A stretch of DNA of 24,000 nucleotides from Patescibacteria group bacterium. GTDB taxonomy: Bacteria > Patescibacteriota > Minisyncoccia > Phycocordibacterales > JACZSL01. Below, piece after piece: positions 7,036 through 14,522 of the stretch. How positions within the stretch are numbered: the stretch's first letter is position 1; the number at the start of each line of letters is the position of its first letter. The translations under genes and the position numbers were made by a program. The stretch covers positions 23,817-47,816 of the forward strand of contig JADFRL010000004.1 of assembly GCA_022561335.1 (NCBI GenBank). Reading direction: 5' to 3'. The notes under the pieces are model-generated. The model was not told where the DNA came from. It was given only the letters and a program-made list of their open reading frames with translations, and searched no databases.

Positions 7036-7602
7036 CTAATTTTCTTTAGATACCTCAATAAGTGAGAGGATATGTGACTTCTTTATATCCCCCGGAACAA
7101 CTCCTGCTATAATGCCTTCTTTATTAATAAGCACATGATAGTTAGTAAACTGCACCCCGTAAGCACGGGCAACCTCTGCTCTTGGGTCTAGTACAATAGG
7201 AAAACTGATGCCGGCAGAGCTTGCGTAGCGTTCAACTGTAGTATCCCGCTCCTGAAGATTAACTCCAATAACTTCTACTTTGTCTTTATATTGCTCATAC
7301 CAATTTGAAAGTTTGGGCATATCACGCCTGCAGTTAGGGCACCACGTAGCAAAAAAATCAAGAATGACTGGTTTTTCGCCGTGGTAATCTGCTAGCGTTA
7401 TGGTACCTCCATCAAGCGAGGTAAGTGTAAAGTTTGGCGCCAGATCTCCTGTTAAGGCTCTCGAAACAGTTGCCGCTTGACTTCCCCCTCGCAGTGGACT
7501 TACAGAGTTAAGTTCCCTATTTTCACTTCCTCCAAACCAAATAAGGACGGCCGCAACTAACAATGCTCCCCCAACGATGTACTTAATGTTTCGATTTTTC
7601 AT
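7036..7602 (-). CDS. TlpA/ResA-like thiol:disulfide oxidoreductase (thioredoxin fold), membrane anchored
   Basis: N-terminal TM helix and FFATWCPNCRRDMP (WCxxC) in a redoxin-type context. Confidence 0.85.
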   Translation of the reverse strand: MKNRNIKYIVGGALLVAAVLIWFGGSENRELNSVSPLRGGSQAATVSRALTGDLAPNFTLTSLDGGTITLADYHGEKPVILDFFATWCPNCRRDMPKLSNWYEQYKDKVEVIGVNLQERDTTVERYASSAGISFPIVLDPRAEVARAYGVQFTNYHVLINKEGIIAGVVPGDIKKSHILSLIEVSKEN

Positions 7603-7608
7603 ATGAGC

Positions 7609-8373
7609 CTAAAGATAATCTAACAGCGCATCGTACTCAAGAAAGCCAAAAATTTGGAAACCATACTGTATAAGAAGGCTGAAGTTATTCGTGAGCAAAA
7701 GGATACCTAATAAAATAAGAAATACGCCTCCAATCATTGAAGCCCACTTAAGATATCTTGAAATTTTCTTGATATACTGCGTTGCGTGAGAAAACCCAAG
7801 TGCAACCAAGAGAAAGGGGACCGCAAGTCCTGCCGAAAAAACAGTTAGCAGAAGAGCCCCTGTAAGCGCTGATCCTTCGATTGAAGTAAAAAGAAGAATA
7901 GAGCCCAAGATAGGCCCCACGCATGGCGTCCACCCAAACGCAAAAGCTGCTCCAATGGCAAGTGAACTTGTTGGCTTTCCCACCTTAATGAAGGAAGGCA
8001 TTTTAATACGCTTATCAGTCTGTAAGAACGAGATATTAAAAGCGCCAAGCATAAAGAGTCCGAAAAGAATAACCAAAATGCCACCAATGCGTGTCAGCCA
8101 AATACGATAAGGTACGAGTCCCTGCCCTATAACACCCGCAAGTGTTCCAAAGGCAATAAAAACAAGCGAAAAACCAAGAATAAAGAAAACTCCATTTAAG
8201 AAAATTTTTCTCCGAGCTCGTTGTGCTGTTTCTGGATTCTCTAAATCCTTGCTTGACACTCCACTTATGAACCCCAAATATGCCGGCACCAACGGAAGCG
8301 TACACGGTGCCAAAAAAGTCAGAATTCCCGCAATGAATGCAGAGATAATGAATCCTAATCCGATAATTTCCAT
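7609..8373 (-). CDS. ccdA: CcdA/DsbD-family transmembrane thiol-disulfide electron transporter
   Basis: LAPCTLPLVPAYLGFISG and FGWTPCVGPILG, the two conserved Cys-containing TM motifs of CcdA. Polytopic membrane protein. Confidence 0.88.
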   Translation of the reverse strand: MEIIGLGFIISAFIAGILTFLAPCTLPLVPAYLGFISGVSSKDLENPETAQRARRKIFLNGVFFILGFSLVFIAFGTLAGVIGQGLVPYRIWLTRIGGILVILFGLFMLGAFNISFLQTDKRIKMPSFIKVGKPTSSLAIGAAFAFGWTPCVGPILGSILLFTSIEGSALTGALLLTVFSAGLAVPFLLVALGFSHATQYIKKISRYLKWASMIGGVFLILLGILLLTNNFSLLIQYGFQIFGFLEYDALLDYL

Positions 8374-8436
8374 ATATTTGCTATTGTAATGCTAACTATC
8401 CTTCACCTAACGTATCAGGTTCGAGATCAACAGATT

Positions 8437-9027
8437 CTAAACTCCTCCATCGTTAAGAATACTGTTGACCTTCTCCTTCATCTCGTTAAATTTCATGGGG
8501 CCGCGTTTGTGAATGAGAATATTTCCGTCTTTATCAACAAAAAGAGTTTCAGGCATCGAAAAACCACCAATAGACTTATAGAACGAATCGCTTGGGTCAT
8601 TTAGAAAAAGTAACTTACCGGTTACTTCAAGTTCATCGGTGAACTTTTTCTGTCTCGCGGTCGATTCTGCACGGTCGATGGCAATGATAATGATGCGATC
8701 TCCCATTTCCTCTTGTAATTTTGCAAAATCAGGAAGCTCATCAAGACAAAACGGACACCATACTGCCCATGAATTAATAATAAGAGGTTTTCCTTTAAAA
8801 TCAGAAAGGCTTACTTCGTTTCCATTCCAGTCATTTAGTGTAAACGCAGGAACTTGATCGAATTTCTCTTCTTGCGCCGTATTCTTTATGGCTGTTCCTT
8901 GTGTGTCTTCTTGGGCTATCTTACTGCCGTCGGAAAAAACAAGTAACCCTCCGATAATGAGAACAATGAAAATAGTTATAACAATGATGATGTTTCTATT
9001 CACCTTGCCGGAAATTTGTTTTATCAT
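8437..9027 (-). CDS. TlpA/ResA-like thiol:disulfide oxidoreductase (second copy), membrane anchored
   Basis: TM anchor plus INSWAVWCPFCLDELPDF (WCxxC). Confidence 0.85.
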   Translation of the reverse strand: MIKQISGKVNRNIIIVITIFIVLIIGGLLVFSDGSKIAQEDTQGTAIKNTAQEEKFDQVPAFTLNDWNGNEVSLSDFKGKPLIINSWAVWCPFCLDELPDFAKLQEEMGDRIIIIAIDRAESTARQKKFTDELEVTGKLLFLNDPSDSFYKSIGGFSMPETLFVDKDGNILIHKRGPMKFNEMKEKVNSILNDGGV

Positions 9028-9041
9028 AGTTGTTTTGTATG

Positions 9042-9108
9042 ATACATCCTGTTAGTATAATTGACGATTAAAAACAACTCAGTTGTTTTTAATTCTAACG
9101 GGATTCAT
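9042..9108. repeat. Inverted-repeat element copy B (short, 67 bp)
   Basis: Arms cctgttagTATaatt (9048-9062) and aattctaacggg (9091-9102). Flanks are atacat and attcat. The interior is a 9-bp hairpin AAAAACAAC-TCA-GTTGTTTTT (9070-9090). Confidence 0.7.
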
Positions 9109-9167
9109 AATATTGTTGTATTATGTATTAATGATTAAATACTTAGAAAACATATTAATTATATGGA

Positions 9168-10262
9168 TTATTTATATAATTCCGTGTCCGGATGAACGGC
9201 AACCCATGAGAACCAAAACCCTGTTATAAGAGGCAGAGGTTGATCGTTCCCTTCCTCAAAGATTCGAACGATACCGCTGGCTTCTTTGCTTATGGTTAAT
9301 GTCCGTCCGGCAAATGTATCTGACGTTTCTCCCACCATAAGCAGCTCTTTTGGATATGCCTTAAATTCGCCTTCAATTTCAATTCCAAATACATACGCCG
9401 TCGGCGAAAGGGGTGAATTCGCTTCGTTGAAATTCGGAGCAAACGAACGCGCAATACGATAATAGTCACCATTATAGGGGTCACCTATGCGGCCTGTGTT
9501 AAGCACAAGACTGCCCGGATGATCCTCACGCCAGTCAGTATACCGAACAATATCAGATTGAATTATGGGAAGTTTGGTACCTGTGTGCTTTCCAACCACA
9601 GCTTCTCCAAGAACTTGCGACCAAAGGGAAATATCATCCTCATCGGCTTCCCGATTATACATGAGGAGATTTGACTGCCAAAGCTTGCCTGACACGCCAA
9701 ATTCAAAAACCTTACCCGCAACTTTTCTTTCAAAAACAATACCTGTGCCACACAAAGGACAATAGGTAACCACGATGGGCTCTCCTGCTATTTCGTCATT
9801 CACTATTTCCCTGGTTACAAGCATATTAAAGGGATAAAAACGCTCTTCACTTTTAAAGACAAGCCCAATGCCAACAGTATCTTCCGGCAGTATATTATTT
9901 GCTTCAGCAACTGATACAAAAATAGGTTTATCAACCGAAGGAATACAATCTCTCCCAAAACAGCCCTGTCTTATCTCGTCAATAGGAATGGAATGCTTTA
10001 CGCCGTCTGTTTCAAAAATTTGTCTGCTTGATTTCAGCACAAATGATTCATTATCGGCAGCGGATGAAGTTGGAATAACCTGCTCTTCTGCCACTTTTTG
10101 ATCCTTTTCTTCTTTAACTCTCTCTCCATTCCCGTTTAATTGTGATGGCAGCAATACAGCATCTCCTTTTGGTAAATCAAATTGTTTACCGCGCGTAAAT
10201 ATGAAAAAAGTTCCAACTACAATTAGGAGAATAATAATGATTAGAGAAATATACGATTGCAT
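9168..10262 (-). CDS. DUF3179-domain protein, membrane anchored/secreted
   Basis: RDCIPSVDKPIF ... VTYCPLCGTGIVFERKV ... FGVSGKLWQSNLLMYNRE ... SLWSQ matches the DUF3179 pattern as I recall it. N-terminal TM helix. Confidence 0.8.
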   Translation of the reverse strand: MQSYISLIIIILLIVVGTFFIFTRGKQFDLPKGDAVLLPSQLNGNGERVKEEKDQKVAEEQVIPTSSAADNESFVLKSSRQIFETDGVKHSIPIDEIRQGCFGRDCIPSVDKPIFVSVAEANNILPEDTVGIGLVFKSEERFYPFNMLVTREIVNDEIAGEPIVVTYCPLCGTGIVFERKVAGKVFEFGVSGKLWQSNLLMYNREADEDDISLWSQVLGEAVVGKHTGTKLPIIQSDIVRYTDWREDHPGSLVLNTGRIGDPYNGDYYRIARSFAPNFNEANSPLSPTAYVFGIEIEGEFKAYPKELLMVGETSDTFAGRTLTISKEASGIVRIFEEGNDQPLPLITGFWFSWVAVHPDTELYK

Positions 10263-10271
10263 GCCAATAAC

Positions 10272-10568
10272 TTAATGAATAAATGTATGCATTACCTGCC
10301 TTAAATTATCCACCAATTCATTATCGTTTACCTCATAGCACACCGATTGCCCGTCTCTGTATGAAAAGACAATGTTATGTGCTTCAAGCTTTGAAAGCTG
10401 ATGCGAGGCGGCTGAATGCGAGATACTGACCTTCTCTGCTATATCGGTCACACAAAGCTCTCCTTCCGATTCAAACAAGAACGAGAGTATCTTAAACCGA
10501 GTGGGATCGGAAAGAATCTTAAAGGCTGTAGTTGCTTTTGATACTTTTTCCAAATATAAGGGCTTCAT
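10272..10568 (-). CDS. ArsR/SmtB-family metal-responsive transcriptional repressor
   Basis: LSDPTRFKILSFL ... ELCVTDIAEKVSISHSAASHQLSKLEAHNIV is the winged-HTH signature. C-terminal DNE...MHTFIH resembles an alpha-5 metal site. I prefer ATG 10568 (98 aa) because the longer ORF would read through the operator palindrome. Confidence 0.85.
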   Translation of the reverse strand: MKPLYLEKVSKATTAFKILSDPTRFKILSFLFESEGELCVTDIAEKVSISHSAASHQLSKLEAHNIVFSYRDGQSVCYEVNDNELVDNLRQVMHTFIH

Positions 10569-10590
10569 AGACTTACTAATATATGAACAT

Positions 10591-10610
10591 ACGTTCATAT
10601 TATTACAACA
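10591..10610. promoter_or_regulatory. Putative ArsR/SmtB operator in the arsR / ZIP divergent region
   Basis: ATATGAACATACGTTCATAT is palindromic at 9 of 10 mirrored pairs. It contains a TGAACA..(T/C)GTTCA core like known SmtB/CzrA-type operators as I recall them. Lies 22 nt upstream of the preferred arsR start. Confidence 0.6.
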
Positions 10611-10714
10611 CCACATGAAGTCAATTGGTTTCATTTAATGAGCTCAAGTATATCTGTATTCATCTGCGACTACTGTTGCGCATGTGTTAGTTGCACTATA
10701 TTATCTTAACTATC

Positions 10715-11509
10715 ATGGAATTAACGACTATCTATGCTCTGGCAAGTGTCGTGCTGATAAGTTTGGTGTCATTGGTAGGCATTACTATTATTTCACTTAA
10801 GGAGGCGTTCCTTAGAAAAAATATGTTTCTACTGGTAAGCCTTGCTGTGGGAGCACTTTTTGGAAATACGTTTATTTTTTTGATACCGGAAGCATACGGA
10901 ACATTCGACAATACCCCGGCAATATCATTTCTTATTATCACCGGAATTGTGCTGTCATTTATACTTGAGAAATTCTTGCTTTGGCGCCACGAACACGGCC
11001 ATGGGGGCACGGAAAATCATCACGATGAAGAAATCGAATTAATAGAAAAGCAGAGCGGGCATATAAAGCCTGTAGGCATTCTTATACTTGTTTCAGACGG
11101 TGTACACAATTTTATTGACGGCATCATTATTGGCGCAACCTATCTTATAAGTATAGAAGTAGGCATAGCAACTACTGTAGCGGTCATTCTTCACGAAATA
11201 CCCCAGGAAATAAGTGATTTTGGCATCCTTCTCCATGCAGGGTTCAGTAAAGCAAAGGCTCTGCTTTTTAATTTTCTTTCTGCTATTACGGCAATTCTGG
11301 GAACGCTCATTGCACTGTTTCTGGGCACAGCAATTAAAGCGTTTATACCAGCCATTGCAGCTTTTGCTGCTGGCAGTTTCCTCTACATAGCAGGATCTGA
11401 TCTGGTGCCAGAATTACACAAAACCTCAGATTTTAAACGCTCACTGCAGCAGCTTGCTGCTATTCTTGTCGGCATTGCTCTTATGTTTGCACTTCTCCTG
11501 CTTGAGTAA
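10715..11509 (+). CDS. ZIP-family divalent metal (zinc) transporter
   Basis: HNFIDGIIIGA and HEIPQEISDFGILL signature helices, with a His-rich loop HEHGHGGTENHHDEE. ATG 10715 preferred over TTG 10691. Confidence 0.88.
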   Translation: MELTTIYALASVVLISLVSLVGITIISLKEAFLRKNMFLLVSLAVGALFGNTFIFLIPEAYGTFDNTPAISFLIITGIVLSFILEKFLLWRHEHGHGGTENHHDEEIELIEKQSGHIKPVGILILVSDGVHNFIDGIIIGATYLISIEVGIATTVAVILHEIPQEISDFGILLHAGFSKAKALLFNFLSAITAILGTLIALFLGTAIKAFIPAIAAFAAGSFLYIAGSDLVPELHKTSDFKRSLQQLAAILVGIALMFALLLLE

Positions 11510-11587
11510 AACACCGCTACTCCCCCTGACACTCCCGCATTAAACGCTAATGCGGATCTGCCCTAATTATGACGCCGCAATTTTTTG

Positions 11588-12076
11588 CTAATAGAAAAAC
11601 CGTTGAGTCCCGTCCTCACAATCATCAAAAAACAGTGACTCCTGCCCGCTACTTGAATCTAAAATAACAGAGTAGCATATGGTGTCTGACTTCCCCGATT
11701 TCCCAAATCTGTCTCTGCTGTCAACATAGACATGCGCCTTGCATCCCAGCGGCGCTTCTCCCTCTACAACTGCAGTGGTATAGATAGGGTCCCCCTCGAT
11801 AGTTAAAAGTTTTTGATGAATCTTAGCCAATCGACATCCATCGTATGCTTCTTTAAAACATTCCCGCATACTTTTATTATATCCAAAGCCTCCTCTCAGC
11901 TCTTCATTGCCGCAATCCTTAAACTGGCTGTCCCAATCACGATAAAATTGAAATGCTTCGCCTCCGTTTTCAGATACATCATTGCCGATAATACCTGCAC
12001 CAAAATAGAATGCGGTCCCTGCCGCTGCTACTATGAGCACTCCTATTATAATTCCAGTCAGCTGTTTTTTATCCAT
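11588..12076 (-). CDS. Hypothetical Cys-containing membrane-anchored protein (possibly DUF4362-like)
   Basis: Starts MDKKQLTGIIIGVLIVAAAG (TM anchor). LLTIEGDPIYTTAVVEG resembles the TxEGDPI core I associate with DUF4362. The track's GTG 12103 start would read through the repeat arm, so ATG 12076 is preferred. Confidence 0.6.
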   Translation of the reverse strand: MDKKQLTGIIIGVLIVAAAGTAFYFGAGIIGNDVSENGGEAFQFYRDWDSQFKDCGNEELRGGFGYNKSMRECFKEAYDGCRLAKIHQKLLTIEGDPIYTTAVVEGEAPLGCKAHVYVDSRDRFGKSGKSDTICYSVILDSSSGQESLFFDDCEDGTQRFFY

Positions 12077-12201
12077 CCCGTTAGTAATAGGACGCGAACA
12101 CACAGCATCCTAGTTCCTCATTTAAGGTGTGGTTAAAAATCGACCTTTGCCATATCATATAAAAATTATTTGTTACGCGTCCTACTACTAATGGAATCCA
12201 T
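12071..12201. repeat. Inverted-repeat element copy C (131 bp) overlapping the start codon of the 11588-12076 gene
   Basis: Arms 12077-12096 (cccgttagtaataggacgcg) and 12176-12195 (cgcgtcctactactaatgga) are complementary at 17 of 20 positions. Both flanks are a perfect ATCCAT (12071-12076, 12196-12201). It shares the interior 11-mer tagttcctcat (12111-12121) with copy A (4903-4913). Confidence 0.8.
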
Positions 12202-12526
12202 ACATCAAATTATAGCAAAGATAAACTATGCAACTTCGCGAAGCTTCTGCTGAGAAATATTAAACAAATACACTGAAAACGTAAAACGCCAGCCGTAACT
12301 GACGTCGTACGCTATGCATTATGCAGTAACACCTTTGTCCGTCTCTAGGTGTTACTTAGAGTTGGACATGCGTATGCATGCTCTAATTGTAATTCGCTTT
12401 TGTCTTTTTTCAAATAAAAGATGTGCATAAGTGTTGCATAACCTGTGTCTAAGCCACTCAAGTATATTTTTTAGCCCATGTTCACCTTTCTACACACCTT
12501 ACATACGACAAGAAACGTCCAGTAAT

Positions 12527-13180
12527 TTAACGAGACGTTCTTTTTGTTTTGAATTCATCAAAACTCTTGCACAAAAAATACTTATTATGTTTCTTCTCAA
12601 AGGCTATGTCAGAAACAGGCTTTGGCCCGTAGTCATGACCGCAGTAAATGAGCGTATCATCTGGAAGCTTCTTAAGCCTTTCCAAACTATTATAGAGATC
12701 CTTAATATTGCTGTGGGGCAAATCAGTTCGTCCGCACCCCTCTACAAAGAGAGTATCTCCTGTTATAAGTTTGGGGGTGCCGTCCGTGGCGTGTTCTTTT
12801 GAAATGTAGTAGCATACGGCATCATCGATATGGCCCGGTGTATACATAACTTCTACAGAAAGTTTTCCAATCGAAATAGTATTTCCATCATTTACGAAAC
12901 GCTCAAGTTCTTGTGGGACTTCGACACGCCCCCTTGCATTCATATGCATATAGACAGGAATCTTATATTTTTGAATAAGCGCCTCGACTCCCTCGGAATG
13001 ATCAAAGTGGCTGTGTGTGAGTAAAACTGCGCTTGGCTGAAATGTATTCGCATATATTTCAGCTAACATATCATCCATATCACCAGCAGGATCGACGACG
13101 GCAATTTCTTTGCTTACACCATCGTTTACGAAGTAAGAAAAGTTGTTATCGAATCCTCCAACTGAGAGTTGCGTAATCAT
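12527..13180 (-). CDS. MBL-fold metallo-hydrolase (hydroxyacylglutathione hydrolase-like)
   Basis: LLTHSHFDHSEG (HxHxDH), later TPGHIDD and CGHDY metal ligands. Confidence 0.85.
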   Translation of the reverse strand: MITQLSVGGFDNNFSYFVNDGVSKEIAVVDPAGDMDDMLAEIYANTFQPSAVLLTHSHFDHSEGVEALIQKYKIPVYMHMNARGRVEVPQELERFVNDGNTISIGKLSVEVMYTPGHIDDAVCYYISKEHATDGTPKLITGDTLFVEGCGRTDLPHSNIKDLYNSLERLKKLPDDTLIYCGHDYGPKPVSDIAFEKKHNKYFLCKSFDEFKTKRTSR

Positions 13181-13191
13181 GATAGTTATTA

Positions 13192-13341
13192 CTACTCAAG
13201 TGCTCCTTGAAGAGCTCGATTTCGTTCAACCACCCTGTCCCGAGTGTCCACTGCACGCTCAATACCAGAAATTCCCTGCTCTATCACCGACCCATCCTTG
13301 ATAACCTTACTTCTTTTCCCATCTATCTTTATCTCTGCCAT
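13192..13341 (-). CDS. Possible small protein (49 aa from Met13 of the listed ORF)
   Basis: The only ORF filling the 126-nt mazG-MBL gap. It overlaps the mazG 3' end in another frame. No recognisable motif. Confidence 0.25.
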   Translation of the reverse strand: MAEIKIDGKRSKVIKDGSVIEQGISGIERAVDTRDRVVERNRALQGALE

Positions 13342-13621
13342 AACATTTATCCATGACGGAAGAAAATCCTCGATCAATATCTAAATCAAGAGAGTTTGCT
13401 AGACATGATAAAGTAAATATAATATCTGCTATTTCATCTTCAAGTTCCTTTTTATCTTCAGAGCTTTTCTTTTTCTTTGGACCGAATCGGTGATTTATCT
13501 CCCTCGCAAGCTCACCCGTCTCTTCGGTAAGGCGGGCCATTATCTCAAGAGGTTTCCAATAGCCAATTTTATATTGCTGGACCCAATCATCTACCTGTTT
13601 TTGATAATCTTTCATAATCAT
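13307..13621 (-). CDS. MazG-like nucleotide pyrophosphohydrolase (small single-domain type)
   Basis: LTEETGELAREINHRFGPKKK ... ELEDEIADIIFTLSCLANSLDLD ... YGRDKDRW shows the EExGE...ExxD pattern of MazG/YpjD-type NTP-PPases. Confidence 0.8.
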   Translation of the reverse strand: MIMKDYQKQVDDWVQQYKIGYWKPLEIMARLTEETGELAREINHRFGPKKKKSSEDKKELEDEIADIIFTLSCLANSLDLDIDRGFSSVMDKCYGRDKDRWEKK

Positions 13622-13652
13622 ATTCTAGCAGATTCAAACAGCACTTCACTAG

Positions 13653-13726
13653 GGTGGCTGACAGGATTCGAACCTGCGACCACTCGGACCACAACCGAGA
13701 GCTCTACCAGCTGAGCTACAGCCACC
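13653..13726 (-). tRNA. tRNA-His (anticodon GTG) with genomically encoded G-1
   Basis: Hand-folded cloverleaf: G(-1) GTGGCTG TA GCTC AGCTGGTA GAGC T CTCGG TTGTGGT CCGAG TGGTC GCAGG TTCGAAT CCTGT CAGCCAC C. CCA is not encoded. Confidence 0.92.
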
Positions 13727-13751
13727 ATATTAAATAATCCAAGAGAAAGAA

Positions 13752-14312
13752 TTATTTGTAATCCGGATGCTCCTCTGTTATACCAAATTTCTTATTTGTT
13801 AGTCTAGCAAGACCGAAGAGAAGGCTTGAAAGTCGATTCATATAAGCACGCGTATGCTCATCTAACGCCTGGATTTTTGACTCATGTACCAGGACTACAT
13901 ATCGTTCAGCTCTGCGGGCGATGGTCCGTGCAATATCGAGGAGTGTTGTAAGTTCACTTCCCCCAGCAATAGTAAAACTTTCAATGGGAGCTAATTCTTT
14001 CTCTATTTCATTCACCAGCATTTCAAGGCGCTGTACTTTCCACTGCGCAATTGTTTTTGGAGAGCCCGCAATCTCAGACTGTATGATGAAAAGATTCTGC
14101 TGTACTTCATGAATAATACAGCACACATACGCCTGCTCCTCTCCCACCGTAAATGCCGACTCTTCAGCTTTGACCTTGCACAACCCCAAAAAAGAATTGA
14201 GCTCGTCCATAGTACCAAGACACTCGGGGAGCACTGAACTTTTTGATATGCGTCTTTTAACATCAATAACCCCGGTACTGCCATCATCCCCTTTTTTTGT
14301 ATACAAAGCCAT
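13752..14312 (-). CDS. PduO-type ATP:cob(I)alamin adenosyltransferase
   Basis: MALYTKKGDDGSTG... N-terminus and the overall four-helix-bundle sequence pattern (CLGTMDELNSFLG, IQSEI) typical of the PduO/MMAB family. Confidence 0.85.
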   Translation of the reverse strand: MALYTKKGDDGSTGVIDVKRRISKSSVLPECLGTMDELNSFLGLCKVKAEESAFTVGEEQAYVCCIIHEVQQNLFIIQSEIAGSPKTIAQWKVQRLEMLVNEIEKELAPIESFTIAGGSELTTLLDIARTIARRAERYVVLVHESKIQALDEHTRAYMNRLSSLLFGLARLTNKKFGITEEHPDYK

Positions 14313-14461
14313 AGTTTGTATACTATGCGGTGGCCATAGCCTGCCCCGTAGTGTAAAACAGTCTGGGAGACTGTTTTACACGAAGCACAGCGGAGTACGC
14401 GGTACTGAGGTCTTCTTCTCCTGTATATGACATAGGGCGATTATACTACTCCTAGCACAGC

Positions 14462-14490
14462 TTGACAAGATACAGAAAAAATGTTAGGAT
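14462..14490 (+). promoter_or_regulatory. Sigma70-type promoter for the CDF gene
   Basis: TTGACA (14462-14467), 17 nt, TAGGAT (14485-14490). GGAGGGG then lies 3 nt before GTG 14523. Confidence 0.55.
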
Positions 14491-14522
14491 CTCAATAGAT
14501 TTAAACCAGCACGGAGGGGTTC

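Noticed and set aside
14318-14446. Possible 5S rRNA. GGTGGCCATAGC, ACACGAAG and GGTACTG resemble conserved 5S strings, at roughly the right spacing and total length.
   Set aside because: With that register, helix I would need a 3' strand complementary to ...GCGGTGG (CCACCGC), and none is present nearby. The loop C CCGAAC motif and the loop E AGUA/GAA features are missing. A perfect 13-bp AT-rich helix III would be atypical.
14318-14446. NiCo (czcD-type) riboswitch upstream of the CDF gene, or a cobalamin riboswitch upstream of the adenosyltransferase gene.
   Set aside because: The best CDF promoter (14462-14490) lies downstream of the structure. I see no B12 box (GCCACTG-like) on the minus strand, and I cannot match the NiCo consensus from memory. 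Only a covariance-model scan could settle it.
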